A model generated the notes under the pieces. That model was not told the DNA's origin and made no database searches. It saw only the letters and a list, made by a program, of their open reading frames with translations. A DNA stretch of 64,000 nucleotides from Raillietiella orientalis (Eukaryota), in the NCBI GenBank assembly GCA_036172245.1, contig JAYWIR010000028.1, positions 124,001-188,000 on the forward strand, in the 5' to 3' direction. A program made the position numbers and the translations under genes. Below are positions 51,370 to 63,139 of this stretch, one piece after another. How positions within the stretch are numbered: position 1 is the stretch's first letter; the number at the start of each line of letters is the position of its first letter.

Positions 51370-53990
51370 GCTGCAGATGGTTTGGGACGTGAGGGTGCTT
51401 TCGGGCCTCGTGCCTTCCTCATCTGCAATACCTTACGGTCCGCCCAAGGGCAACGGCGTTACGAAGCGTTGCCGAGGCGGGCCGTACAGAGCGAGCGCGA
51501 TGGCGCCTGCACGTGTCTTTTCGTTCTCACCCTGCTGCGCCGAGTCGTTTATTAGCGAACAGAGGCTCGAGACGGGGATGTGTGGCATCCCTGAGTTCTT
51601 CAGGCGAGGGACGCACCGCTCCTGCTGGCTACACGCCCAGGCCTTGCCGCTGGAGCAGCAGCAGCAGCAGCGTGGATAAATAAATCGACCAACAGAAAAA
51701 AATAATTCCCTGCTATGATGGGAAGAGGGAAGGAGAAGGAAGGAAGGGGAGGGCATCACCGGTCCAGTGACAACAGCTTCCTTCACCGACGTGGGGATGT
51801 TCACGGCGCTTCCTAGCACCCGATATTCCCAGATGGAGCAACCCCGCTCGCTGCCACCCTCGAGATGGCTGTGAATGCGAGGGCAGGAGTGGCGGCATCT
51901 CCGTGCTGCGGATGCGCGCCTAAGCAACGGCGGTCCCCGCATCCGGCGTGATTTCCGTCAGAGCGAGGTGGAGAAGCGCCGCCCGGGAGGAATGTTCGCA
52001 CCGGGCGATCCCAGCCGGGACGAAATGCAGCACAGACCTGGACGATGTGCCGGAAGCGGGGTCGTCCCCTCCCCCACCTTGCACGTTGAGGACCTTTTCT
52101 CCTTCGGCATGCGGTTTGATCGCGGAGGAGAGAGAGCAATGCAGATTTCCCTTCTTGCACACCGGAAAGCAACAGTGGCGTGGTTACCCCGAGAGAATCA
52201 CCATGGGGACAGCGGCAGCACGCTGCAGCCACGATCGTGGACCCATTGGGAACGAACCAGGTCAGGGAGGAATAGAGAGACGACGGCTCTTCTGTTTCGC
52301 TCGTAAGAACCGAACACAGTGGCTAAGAGGGACTCATCATCCGAGGCCCTGCACCGTGATGCCTGGAGAGGATCCTTTCCGGGAGTTCGGGAGACCAGCA
52401 GGGGAGGGGATGGAATCCTGCAGGGGCGCGCACAGTGATCGATGAAGGGGCGAGCCTGAGCGTGTGGACGAGGCCCGCAAATCGCTTCAAGAGGGAGGAT
52501 CCACTCGGGCTAAGGGGGTGGAAAAAGGAGGCAGAGGGTTCTCTTCTCAGTCGCTGGGGCTTCAAGAACGAAGAACATTCGCGGGGTTGGGAAGGACCGA
52601 TGTGGAACGGTTCCTTCGAAGGTAGAAGAGCTGCTCCTCAACCGGAAGTTCGTCGCCATGCAAGGGCTCTTCGCTTCGCAGTCCTCGCGGCTTGTCTTGC
52701 CCGAAGCAGAGCCAGCAGGCGCACATCCGCGGCGACGGCATCCTCCAGGCATTAGAGTGGACCGTTGTCCCGGTTTCGTTCTTCGAGAAAACGAAGCACA
52801 TCCCCCAGCTCCCCTCCCCCTCTCCACTTTGCAAAAACTGGTCGCGCGCCTAATCCTCGTCTTCGTTTCCCTATTTTTCGGAGGCGTGGAAGGATCGTGG
52901 GACGCCGGCATTGGGGAAGATGATACAGGGCGATGCTCCAGGTGTCTCATTCCGGAGCGGAGCGCCAAGGTTTCGTTCAGCACGACATTCTGTTTCCCTC
53001 GTAGTGACTCACAAAGCATCCGCGTTGCGTGGAAGCGGTTCCCTGTCTGCTAGACAGGAGTTTTGGCTACCGGGATGGTGGCGACGACGAGGACGCTTTC
53101 GCGGAACTCACCGAACGCATTCCAGGAAACGGTGAATCACTGAACGGGAACATGGATTTTCCTTGCCCGGCTAAACCCCCTTACCTTTTCCTTTGCCCAA
53201 CAGCGTCATCTGAGGAGAAAACTCGCAACTCGAGGAGGCAGGCCGCGAAACTCTGAATCCCCTTTTGCGTCCTCTTCGCAGTTTCTGATTTACGAAATGC
53301 TTTTAAAGACAGAATCCATGTTATATTTAGTTTGGCGAGAAGTAGGAAATGCGTGACGAATCTTCTTGAATATGCTTATTTACGGAAGAAGCGACGCGAA
53401 CGAACAACTGCGGGAGAGAGGGTAAAAAAAAAAAAAAAAGGAATTCCTAACTGCAGATAGAATCTTCGAGCAAGAGAGAGAGAGAGAGAGAGAGAGAAGA
53501 ATGAGAGCTTGAAAGGCGCAGAGATCCCCAAAGGTGTAAAAGATGGATTTAATGAGTGGAACCACGACAAACCAGCAGCGAGACACGTTCGCGGTCGAGT
53601 TCTTGGGCTAGCAAACGCGACGTTCTCAGCCATCAATAACTTACTACAGGAAGATAATGTGTACGCGAAGACTAAAAATACGAGCGGAAGGTGTCATCGA
53701 CACGGAGCCACGCGCGCATGAACCTCCACGAAGAGGCCCCGTGCAGCCGAAGGCGCGGCAAATGGAAGAAGGCGAGGCGATCTCTATCGGAAAGCTGCGA
53801 GGGACGCATCTTTCTTCCCTCGGCTCCGAAAACCACCACAGACCTCCTGGGACGCACCAGAGGGAGAACCTCCGTTCCACTCTGCTCTTCCTGCGACCCC
53901 TTCCGTGCGTGGTAGGCGGCAAAGGCGGTTTCGGAGCAGCAGCAAGAGCGTTTCACCAAGATGGGAAGCAGCGTCGGGCAGCGGCATGCA
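51370..53990 (+). mobile_element. Decayed near-full-length RTE-clade LINE ORF (endonuclease C-half + RT + C-terminus)
   Basis: Collinear motifs: GLGREG..FLICNT..RRY (endonuclease, ~51380-51460), PGEDPFREF..AGEGM (~52360), WTRPANRFKREDPL (~52465), TLQKL..LI..SLFFG (~52830), GYRD..DEDAFAELTERI..GESL (FADD region, ~53065), HVRGRVLGLANATFSAINNLLQEDNVYAKTK (cf. EIKRRI.LA.A.FSK.NNIL..RNIS.KTK, ~53585) and VVGGKGGFG..R (cf. KVEGKRGRGRPR, ~53910). Interrupted by an AT-rich, poly-A and (AG)n patch at ~53260-53500. Confidence 0.6.
53473..53496. repeat. (AG)n microsatellite
   Basis: About 12 AG units read directly. Confidence 0.9.
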
Positions 53991-54479
53991 GGGAACCTCT
54001 GGACTGATTGGCTGTGGAGGCGAGTGACCCCTCATCGTGTCGGAAGAGGTGGAGAGTTCTTGTTAGCCACCGGCGGCTTGGAGGAACAACGCACCGTGGT
54101 GCGTCGAGGGAGAAAGATGGAGGTTGCGAATGTTAAGAGTTGATGCATCTTCCAAGGCTTCCAGGGAAAAATTAGAAGAGCAGGGAGGCAGATGGAGAAA
54201 GAAAGGAAGCGTTGCTGCTCACACGACAAACGGCGGTGCCGGGCGGGCCGCGTGAAACCGGCCCGGTCGGCGTCCGGCCTTGCGGCGAGGCGTAGCGGGA
54301 CTCGGCGCGGGCCGGTTTCAAGATCTCATGACCCGGTCGCACCTTTCCGAAGTCTTCGTTCCGTGCAGGTGGACCCCCCGGTTGCTGCGTCCTGCCACTC
54401 TTGGACGCCGAGGCGCGGGGAAGGAAGGAAGGGGAGAGGGGGGGAGGGTGTCTCGGAAAAGCCCGTTCCGTGGACCGGC

Positions 54480-54526
54480 GCCGCCATGCTGATCGTGCAC
54501 GGTGGCGTCACGATCAGCATGGCGGC
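54480..54526. repeat. Perfect 18-bp GC-rich hairpin
   Basis: gccgccatgctgatcgtg (54480-54497), an 11-nt loop, then cacgatcagcatggcggc (54509-54526). Confidence 0.9.
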
Positions 54527-54547
54527 CAGCAGTGCAGTCTAAAAACG

Positions 54548-54638
54548 CAGGGTGGGCGGCTTGGAAGCCTCCGGCCGCTGCCTGCTGTGGAGCGCGGCGA
54601 GGCGTGAGGGGGGAGTGGTTTTTCGGTGGCCCACCCTG
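54548..54638. mobile_element. 91-bp Tc1/mariner-like MITE remnant
   Basis: 10-bp TIRs cagggtgggc (54548-54557) and gcccaccctg (54629-54638). CAGGGTG termini are typical of Tc1/mariner-derived MITEs. The expected TA flanks read CG and TG. Confidence 0.45.
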
Positions 54639-54879
54639 TGATATGACCAATGCTTCCAGTCTGCGTATTTTTAATCGAACAAGGCCCAGATGTACATAAC
54701 TAACATGAGTATTCATTGCATGGCATGCACTGTCATACAATGAGAGCAAAGTCACATTTTCACATAACCCTTTGAAGATGACTGAACGCTTGAAAGGAGA
54801 GGCTACTCCTCGTTTTCTTTCCTTTTTTAATTCGAAATGATGTTTACGAGATAAGTTGCGTTCTCTGTTGCATGCGCTC

Positions 54880-55100
54880 TGATGTGCTAGGCATGTCCTG
54901 GCTCGGAGCGTGGTCCATTTGCCTGCAACGAGCCGTGCACGGAAGATCCCAAACAGGCAAAGAGATGAAGTGCGCGGGAGAAGCAACAAAACGGGAATCC
55001 TCCAGACGGACAAGCAAACTCGAGAACGCCTTCAGCCCTCGCCTAGGTGAAGAAGCAAAGGATGCTGCTGCTTCACGAGCTTCAGGAGCGTCAACTTTCA
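54880..55100 (+). mobile_element. RTE-clade LINE 3' end remnant
   Basis: LQRAVHGRSQTGK..ATKR (cf. PKRVLYGEL.TGKR.RGRPKKR) and GEEAKDAAASR (cf. WEE.AKDR.AWR). Confidence 0.4.
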
Positions 55101-55589
55101 CCTCCTCAAAGAAGTTTCGGAGCACTTGAAAAAGCTCTGCCGCGATCCACTGTTATCCACTGCTAACCGCCGCCAGTGATTCCAGAGCATTCTCTCGACA
55201 GGGCTCGAGTTCATCCTAAATTGCACCCGCGTTTCTGGAGAAGGCAACATCCTTCTTCATCTTCGTCAAAGTGCAGATGGATGCGACCTTGCCGTTATGT
55301 TCGGGTACGAGCAGGCGATGGTAAACGTTGGACGAATGCAGATCTCCGGAGGAAGGATGTTCGGACCTTTTGCTGCTGTCTGAGAACAAGAACAGCAAGT
55401 GGATGAAAACAAACACTAACGGATTACTAGAGGGCGCGAAGAAGCAAACAAGACCACAAATGGTCACGTGGTGGGCATGCTTGCCATCGGAATTTTCATA
55501 CTTTGTAGCACGCGTTTCCGGGAAGGCTGGGAATTTCGTGCCTCACACCATCCGTGCACCGATCGATTTCTAGGCATTCTGGAAATGCC

Positions 55590-55700
55590 GCTTTCCAGGC
55601 ATTTTGTCGCTTGCGTGAGCCTTGACTACGGAAGGGTTGAAAACACGTACGTGGATGGGCTGCTCTTCCTGACTGGCTGGCCCTATGCGCACTCGTATCA
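55590..55700 (+). mobile_element. Possible Jockey/I-type RT fragment
   Basis: VACVSLDYGRVENTYVDGLLF resembles AVFLDI.KAFDTVWHDGLL. Confidence 0.3.
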
Positions 55701-56177
55701 ACGTCCATATATACCAGAAATCCACCCTTCCGCGTCATCTCCCCTTCTCAGGGAACACGAGTTCGGGAGGCTGAGACAGCTTTCTCGTATTTTTCAGCAT
55801 CCTTTCGCAAAGCTCCTCAACCAACGATCATCCCGAACTCATCTGAATGAATTCATCAGGATGACGAAGAAAACCCTTCCCAAACCCTCCCGATAACAGG
55901 GGGTTTCTCCCACCAGCTACCCAGCATTTCCTATCAGTGACGTCAGTTAGTAAGGGCAGTCGTTCCTTCCGATGCCGAATGCTTTTTCCTCAGCCCACGC
56001 AAAAGTGGGCTGAGGGATGAGTTCCGAGCGGATCTCTGTCGACAAGGAGATTTCGCCTCCTCTGACCACCATAGTCTGGGTTGGGGGTTCGTTCCCGGTT
56101 CCGAACGGGAGCCACGTCGAACCATTTGTTACATTGCACGCACGTGATAAATCACCATGTGGATGCGCCAAGGCAGC

Positions 56178-56180
<3 letters not shown>

Positions 56181-56210
<30 letters not shown>
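56181..56210. repeat. (AG)n microsatellite
   Basis: 15 AG units read directly. Confidence 0.9.
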
Positions 56211-56212
<2 letters not shown>

Positions 56213-56852
56213 CTCTCTTCTCATCCACCCGGAGGAGTTTCCCAGGCCTTTGGTGGCATTCTGCCGCTCCTGCGCTCCTCAGCGGTGACCACCGGTTGCG
56301 CAGCAAAAAGCGAAGCACAAAGGTCGGCCGCCGCGAGCGCCCCTCGCTGATGATGTTCCCGCGCCTCTTCGTGTTCGCCAGGATGTGCTGCTCCTGAGGG
56401 AAGCTGTCTCGACCAGCTGATATATGGCGGAGGAAACGGGATTTCATTTTCGATGCTGCTGCATCTTTCCATCGTCTCTGCCGTAAACCCCGTATTAATT
56501 TTAGAATTCGCTGCCGGTGCTGCCTTGAAGAGGCTTGCGAGATGCTTCTGCTGTCGGCGGAACGAACCCGCGGAAACCTCCCAGACCAAGGATGAAGTTG
56601 CTTGCTCTCGTCGCTCGGAGCCTTTTTTTTTTTTTTCTTTTTTTCTTGCACGCAGAGGTCGACGGTCTGGCGCATCCTCGCCTTATCCGCGCACGAGATT
56701 CGGGAATCTTCTGTGATCCAGGTTTCTGGAGGAATGCAGTCGGAGCGGTGGTTCTTCGTGGACCCGGAGGACTCGACGAAGCGCCCTATCGGTCGCATCG
56801 GTCACGCCTACAGAGAGATCCACTAACGATAGCCGTGTATTCACCTGGATAT

Positions 56853-56950
56853 GTATATCACATGTATACTATTCTACCCAATATGTATTATATGATGTAT
56901 AATATTAAATGTATTACCAATATGTTCTAATTTTATAATTGCATTTAAAA
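56853..56950 (+). repeat. Dispersed AT-rich repeat, copy 1 (copy 2 at ~60163-60250)
   Basis: tatatcacatgtatactattctacccaatatgtatta..atgtataatattaaatgtattaccaa..ttgcatt aligns with tatatcacatgtatactattttacgcaatatatatta..atgtataatattaaacgtatcgccaa..ttgcatt. Confidence 0.8.
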
Positions 56951-56962
56951 AGAGCCCGGGTG

Positions 56963-59015
56963 CAGGTGGTCAGTCTTGGACTTGGGGCGGGGGGCCATCG
57001 TTCCGGCGTCTCCATCTCAAGTCGGCGCTGACGTAAGTCGATGACTTTTTTTCCGTTCTTGATTTGCTCGATTTCTGCTTTCCACGGCAGGTTTTCAATG
57101 AACTTAACGTGGGTACGAAAAAAAAAAACTTACGTAAACATTCGTGAATTATTTACGAGTGTATATGTACATTCGTAAACATGTACGAAAGAAGGAAGGA
57201 AGGAGGTAAGAAAAAAAAAAAAAAATGCATACGCACCTATTCAAAGTGGTGCAAACATAAACGAAAATCTTATGGACGACGACGTTTCATTGAACGATTT
57301 TTCAATTGGTGATTATCTTCCGCAATCGGGAGTTGCCTTTTTTTTTTTTTTTTTTTTTTGATGAAGAAAATTAGCTGGTGTTGTCTGTTGTCTTCTTCCT
57401 TCTTCTTCGCGATGGCTTTTTACCGAATTTGGCTTTCGACTTTGGCGAAGCGATCGGCGGCGTCCCGATCCACATTTTCGAGTGGCTGGAGTCCTTGGTT
57501 TCGTTCCGAAAATGCTTCGGCTAATCCTTTTACAGTGGACTCTTTTAACGATTTCTCTTTTCCAACTTCCACCCTCCTTTCTTCCTTCTTCTTCAACTCC
57601 GTTTTGGAAATCAACGATCGGTAGGTAAGTTCACCTTCTTCGTGCTCTGCGAGCTCTTCCGTGTCGGTGAGATTGCTTTGCCGGAGAGAAGTGAACACTT
57701 TATCTACCGCTCGTGTTTGAGGCAGCCACTCACTAGCAACCGACTCCGTTGGACCTGATGAGTCGCCAGGGAGGAGATGAAAGGGGGATTCGGCTAACGA
57801 ACAAGCGAAATCGGGAAACCGCAGTTTGCCGCAGCAGGCGTGGATGCTGATGCCCAGAGCCAACATCGAAGGAGAGACTCTGAAGACACACCAAGGTGAC
57901 GGTGTCCTCTATGCAGCCTCGAGCCGCTACGGACTTGCGCACGCAAACGTGCAGGCGGTAGGATCTGCACTCTGGAGGAGTGACCTTCTCCCAGATACCT
58001 GGGACGACCTCCTGTTCGTCAATCACGGAGGGATCCTGAGTGATTCCAGAATGCTACGCTGGACCGGGAACATCCAGGATGGACTCTGCAAAGCGCGCGG
58101 AGAGAAAGAAAAGCAGGTCCAGCACGTGTCCACCTGCTCCACGCTGCGACCGGATGATCCGAAGGCGGCGACCGGCCTGCAGAGAAGGAAGAAGACGGAA
58201 ATTCTCTCGGGTCTGTTCCAGGGGAATGGAAACGATCCTTCGTACAGTCCGAAGGTCCAAACCACGCTTGCCAAAAAAAAAAAAGCATCCTTCACGATTT
58301 CTTTGCAGCGGCAGTGATACGAAGGGCAAAGACGCAGGCAGACATCTGAAAGGGGACCACCAGCCATCGGAATCCTAAGAAGATTATTACCAAGAGCAAT
58401 CTTGCGATGGCAATATTCCGGCATGGACACACCGATGTATCTTAAAGAACACTGATGAATACGTTCAAGCAGATGCAACCATCTCTGACCCACCAGCAAA
58501 TAGAATTCGAATGATGTAATGTTTGGAGTTGTTCATGTAAAAGACTGATAATAAATTCACCTCCTCTTGTCGGACCTGGGGACAAGCCTGTGTCTATTTA
58601 TTTCATAGCGGTGTGATTTTTACTGTCATATGACGTATGACAGTAACATAGCTTATGTGACATTAAATTAGAACATATAATCATCAAAATTATCAACAAG
58701 TTTTTCAATATTTCTTTAAAGTGCAATAGCGCTCATAAAATGCACCCTTATGTAACGGAACATTACAATTATGTACAAACAAAACACGTTCTGCTTATGC
58801 CTTTTTGATGCACATATCCAACATTGCCTTTGGGAGGTTCTGCTTTTGCCAATGGTCACTCTTCTTACAATTTTATGTTTCTGTATGCTTGACAGCCGAA
58901 AAGCCGATTAACAGGCCATCGGTCGCTAAGCGTTGAAATCGAAGGCTTCCGGTAGAAAAAAGCGTTGGGTCAGAGAATTGGCCGTCGTAAGTGCAAATCG
59001 TCGTAGGTCGACCTG
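56963..59015 (-). mobile_element. Decayed Tigger/pogo (Tc1/mariner superfamily) DNA transposon
   Basis: Minus-strand 57360-57725 encodes a Tigger-type transposase C-terminus: DTEELAEHEEGELT..STVKGLAEAFS..NQGLQPLENVD..RFAKVESQIR*KAIA. The ends are CAGG (56963) and CCTG-TA (59015), each with degenerate GTCGTAAGTCG-type subterminal repeats typical of Tigger elements. The DDE core is not visible. Confidence 0.65.
57830..58200 (+). mobile_element. RTE-clade LINE 3' fragment nested in the Tigger element
   Basis: VLYAASS (cf. LLYASET), TWDD..VN (cf. TWQD.VTN), RMLRWTGNI (cf. RRLRWAGHV), KQV, RPDDPK (cf. RPRGRPK), in order. Confidence 0.5.
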
Positions 59016-60162
59016 TACTCCAAAACCGAAAAAGGCAACACACACACGAAAAAAAGCCGCTCCAATCCATCCATCAGCTGCCTGCACCCCAACAGGAGAT
59101 TTTGTCTCCCTCATCTGTGCAGCACAGAATTCCTCAAGCTTGCGATTCGTCTGTAGGCCGGACCAGGGCCTACCAGGAGGTCGTGACAGAGCCTTTCTCG
59201 ATGGGAAAGGTCGGCTTCTTTTTTTAAGGCAATTATTTATTGGCTCGCCCCCTGAGGTGGTCGTTGAGACTACTTTGCCGAGACTGGTGCATAAGAGACG
59301 GAGATAAACAGGGGACCTGAAGGGCTGTCTCCTGGGCCCCAGTTACTCCCGAGCTCCCCTGGGACACGATTGTGTCTCCCTTTCTGTTAAGAATGGATGT
59401 TTCAAGGTTTCCTTCCTTCGGCCTATTCATGTGATGGTCGGTTGAAATAGCACCTCTGGCAGTCTGGAGTGTCGTTAGGGTTCTTCTTGCCGCTTCAAAA
59501 ATCGCCCCCATCACGGAGACCCCGTTGGGACGCCGCCGCTCTCCTCACCTTCACGTTCAAACTTTGGTAGGCGTTGCTCACAACCCCCCCAACCTCTATC
59601 CTTCGCAGCCAGCAGACGGGTGAGAAGACGCTCATCGCGAAGCCCGTGGGGGAGACCCTTGCGCCACTGACTTCAGGAAGCACCTCAAGATGTCGACCCA
59701 AAGAGACAGAAGAAAGGCAGACGTGCCACCACTCCCTGGAAAGGCTGCGAGTCCGGAAGCACAGCTTCAACCCTCTTCCGACTGTTTCCTGCTGCGGCTC
59801 TCCTTTCTTCTCTCAAGCGGGATCCCTTGCTGCTGGTAAGGGGCGCTCCTTGCAAAGTCATTCCGTCGTCATGTGAGACCACCTGTCTCTTTGGAGACAT
59901 TAGCAGACGGGCGAATCCGGTGGGACTTACTTCACAGCTGCCCCATTGTGTTGGTGTCTGTATCCTGGAGTGCATCACGAGCCAGCCAAATGTGAAACAC
60001 AGACGCCACTGAATCCATTTTGTGTCGTAATTGTACGGTATCGTATACATAATTATACACAATGTATCACATATAGTACGCATATTAATAATACAGCAAT
60101 GTATTTAATAGTGCATCTTTATTATATATAACATATATACGTGGGGTGAATATATAAATTAT

Positions 60163-60250
60163 ATATATCACATGTATACTATTTTACGCAATATATATTA
60201 TAGTATGTATAATATTAAACGTATCGCCAATTTCAAAATTGCATTCTCTA
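60163..60250 (+). repeat. Dispersed AT-rich repeat, copy 2 (copy 1 at ~56853-56950)
   Basis: Direct alignment to 56853-56950. It lies in a larger AT-rich patch, 60015-60260. Confidence 0.8.
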
Positions 60251-61819
60251 AACATTTTAAGCAGTTTTACCGAAATAGGGTGCCCAGAATGGATTGCACC
60301 GGTGCACAGAATCTTCGAGAGGCAAACACCCCTTGGATGGAAATGGCGGAATGCCGTTCACCTTGCTGCGCCCCGAGGGGGACCTGAAGTCCTTTCCGAG
60401 TGAGGTGACCAAGCTTTCTGCTTCTTGTTGGCTCTGGAGGCCATCCCGAGATTCCCCTGGATGCACCCACGCATGCAGGCTGCATGCATTTCACGCTGAT
60501 GCCGAACCTCAAGGAAGCACTTGTCGAGCCGTGTGACCGTAAGTGACCACCTTTAGGTTTGGGGTCAGCGCGGGGCTGATGCATTCCTTTCCAGATATCC
60601 GGGATGCGCGCCTACGTAAGCACCCTTCACTTTGATTTGAGAGTCTCGTCAAGGAGCACGACACACCCTCCGTGTCGACGTGCAAGATGAACCGTCCGCC
60701 CTGGGCAGCGAAGGTGCTGCCCCTTGTTCCTCGCCCTCTGGAACACCTTGAGAATCACGTGCGTTCCTCTCCATAGCAACGAATGCCTATCATGCCAGTC
60801 TTCCTTTGCGCATGGCTTTCTGAAATTCAACATCTTCCGTCTCGGTGTTGACAAAAGTGCAAGAGTATCTTTTTTTTTAATAAAAAAAAAAAATAGGAAA
60901 AATAGAAGAAACCATTCAATCAGCTGGAACCTTCTTTAAAGTCGTTGAGGATCCTAAGCTGATTTTAGACAGATACCAGAGAAGGCCGCATGGAGTTTCT
61001 GAACCTCGAAGACTCCGAGTGCCTCGTGCTCGGAATTCGCCAACAGGTCCACGTTGCTCCCCCTCTCCAGATGCTTCCTCAGAAACGCACGTGGTGTGCT
61101 GCAACTGTTTGCCGACACTGAAAGCTCTCTGTTGGTTCCCTCCCTTGCTCAAGAGTTGGAGGGAGCCATGTTGGTTTGGTGCCAGTTTGTGCCAGACAGC
61201 AACCTCTGAGGAGCCTTCTGCTTCAAGAGGGCGGACGCTGAATTAGATGTTCCGAGAACACTGCCTTTGACGCTCTAGCAGAATTTTCCTTGCACTCATC
61301 ACGACGAGGCTCTCAGCCCACTTTCGATCGTAGGATCTCTGCTCGCGACGGTGCATTCGCTCTCGAGCACGGATTTGTTTCGAGAGGGAACCAAACGCAA
61401 GAAAACGCCCTGTTTCAAGAGAACTTTCCGCTCGCCCAAACTGCATTGCATTGGCGATGGACCTCGACCTCCCCCCTGGCATCGCAGGTGTTTCAGTTTT
61501 CTCACAGGGGCAGTCGAACCTCCGAGGGCACGCGCTTCGACTTACCTGCGTCCGCTCCCCGTCCGAGTACGTGGATCTTGTTCCAATGAAAGAACGCCTC
61601 CGTGCGTGTCCCTGGCGGCTAAAAAAGGAAAAGAAAAGAAAAAAGCACAAGACAGTGCCCCCACACCCTCTTGAGTGAATGTGGGGAGGGGCCGCAGGGC
61701 TTCGACTCTGGCACGAAGGAACCTCGACAAGAACGAGAGCCGTGCCGCACGCGGAGCGCCAGGCTGTCCATCGAGGCACAGGGCAGTCTAAGAAGGCAGA
61801 GTTACGAGGGAGAGGCAGA

Positions 61820-62250
61820 ACGTGGGAACACGGAGTGAGTTCACGTCCGGAGGGATGCTGGAGATCAGGAGAAAAATCGATCTCGTGGGAGACGCAGCGG
61901 AAACGGAGCAGAGCGAAATCGGAGCCTTCGGTCCAGGGTGCAGGGATGACGAGCAGCTGAGCGGACTGTTGAGAAAGGGCTGTTGCATTGTGCTGGTGGT
62001 ATGTCACCGCTCAGGATGGCACCTTGAGGGAGTGAACGGAGCACCTCGAGGGTGGGGAGAAGTGCGAACGACAGGAACGCGGGAGGGATGCGCCGCAGGC
62101 GCAAGTCGTCCCCGGAAGCAGCTGCGGGAAGGAGCAACGGTCGAGAGGAAGGTCGGAAAACTGTAGCCAGACCCAAGACGGAATCCGTCGGAGCAACGTG
62201 AGTGCGATGCTCGGAAAGGCCAAGATCAAGCTTGATCGAAATACGGGGAT
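61820..62250 (+). mobile_element. RTE-clade LINE C-terminal fragment
   Basis: SEFTSGGMLEIRRKI (cf. GS.ITSDGG...EIRRRI), then LLRKGCCIVLVVC..SGWHL (cf. LL...V.SVLLYGCE.WTL). Confidence 0.4.
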
Positions 62251-63139
62251 AAATCTCGAAGATGTGTAGGGGGGAGAAAGTAAAATAAAAGTGTCGAGAG
62301 GAAACACTTTGGCTTTAGTGTGTCGAGCGGCAAGCGCAGCACCTGCGCCGCACTCCGGCTTTCGTACATGGAAAATGTACTGTTCCAAGTCTCGCCCACA
62401 AAGTCGACGAGGCTCTTCCTCATCAGTTGACTGCATCTCTGATTCCCATGAGTTTCATGGGATTCCTCGAGCTTCGTCTCTCCAAGACGTTCGTCTCTTT
62501 CCATTCATCCATGCATTCACTCCATGCCGAACGTCTTGTCATCATTTTGATTCGCACTGCAAGTGGCCTTTAGATTTATTAGGCCTGAGGCATTCTGTGG
62601 AAAAGACCATTCTTATCAAGATACCTTCTTCTGTAAATAATTCCTTCCACCGATTCGAAACCCAGAAGGAAATGTGCCTTAGAGGACAACACCATCGCAG
62701 CTTGTGGCTCACTTGCAGCTTTTGTGTTGCCACATGTCAGTACTCTCCTGAACCACCTGAAGGTGACGCCTCCCAGGATCACAGAGCGTGCATCCACTTC
62801 TTTTCCAAGCAAGCAGATGGGAATCCGAGTCACTGATGACTATGTCTCGCCCGAAACAGCAGAGACAATTAGAGCTGTTCCATACGGAAATAAGGTCTTA
62901 CAAGATGCATTGAAAAATAAGGTGATAGGAGGAAAGGAATCCATTCGATCCTCATGGATGGATGGATGGCTGAACTCTCGGATCTGACAGGATCAATTTT
63001 AAATAACGCGGAGATGCAAAATCCGAAGCGTTAAAAGCATAGTGGGTCCACTTGTAAGTCTTCTCAAGGACTGAACGATTGCCAGTAGATCAGCAATGAG
63101 AATTTGGGCGGCACCCCTCATGATATTCTGCATCTTTTC

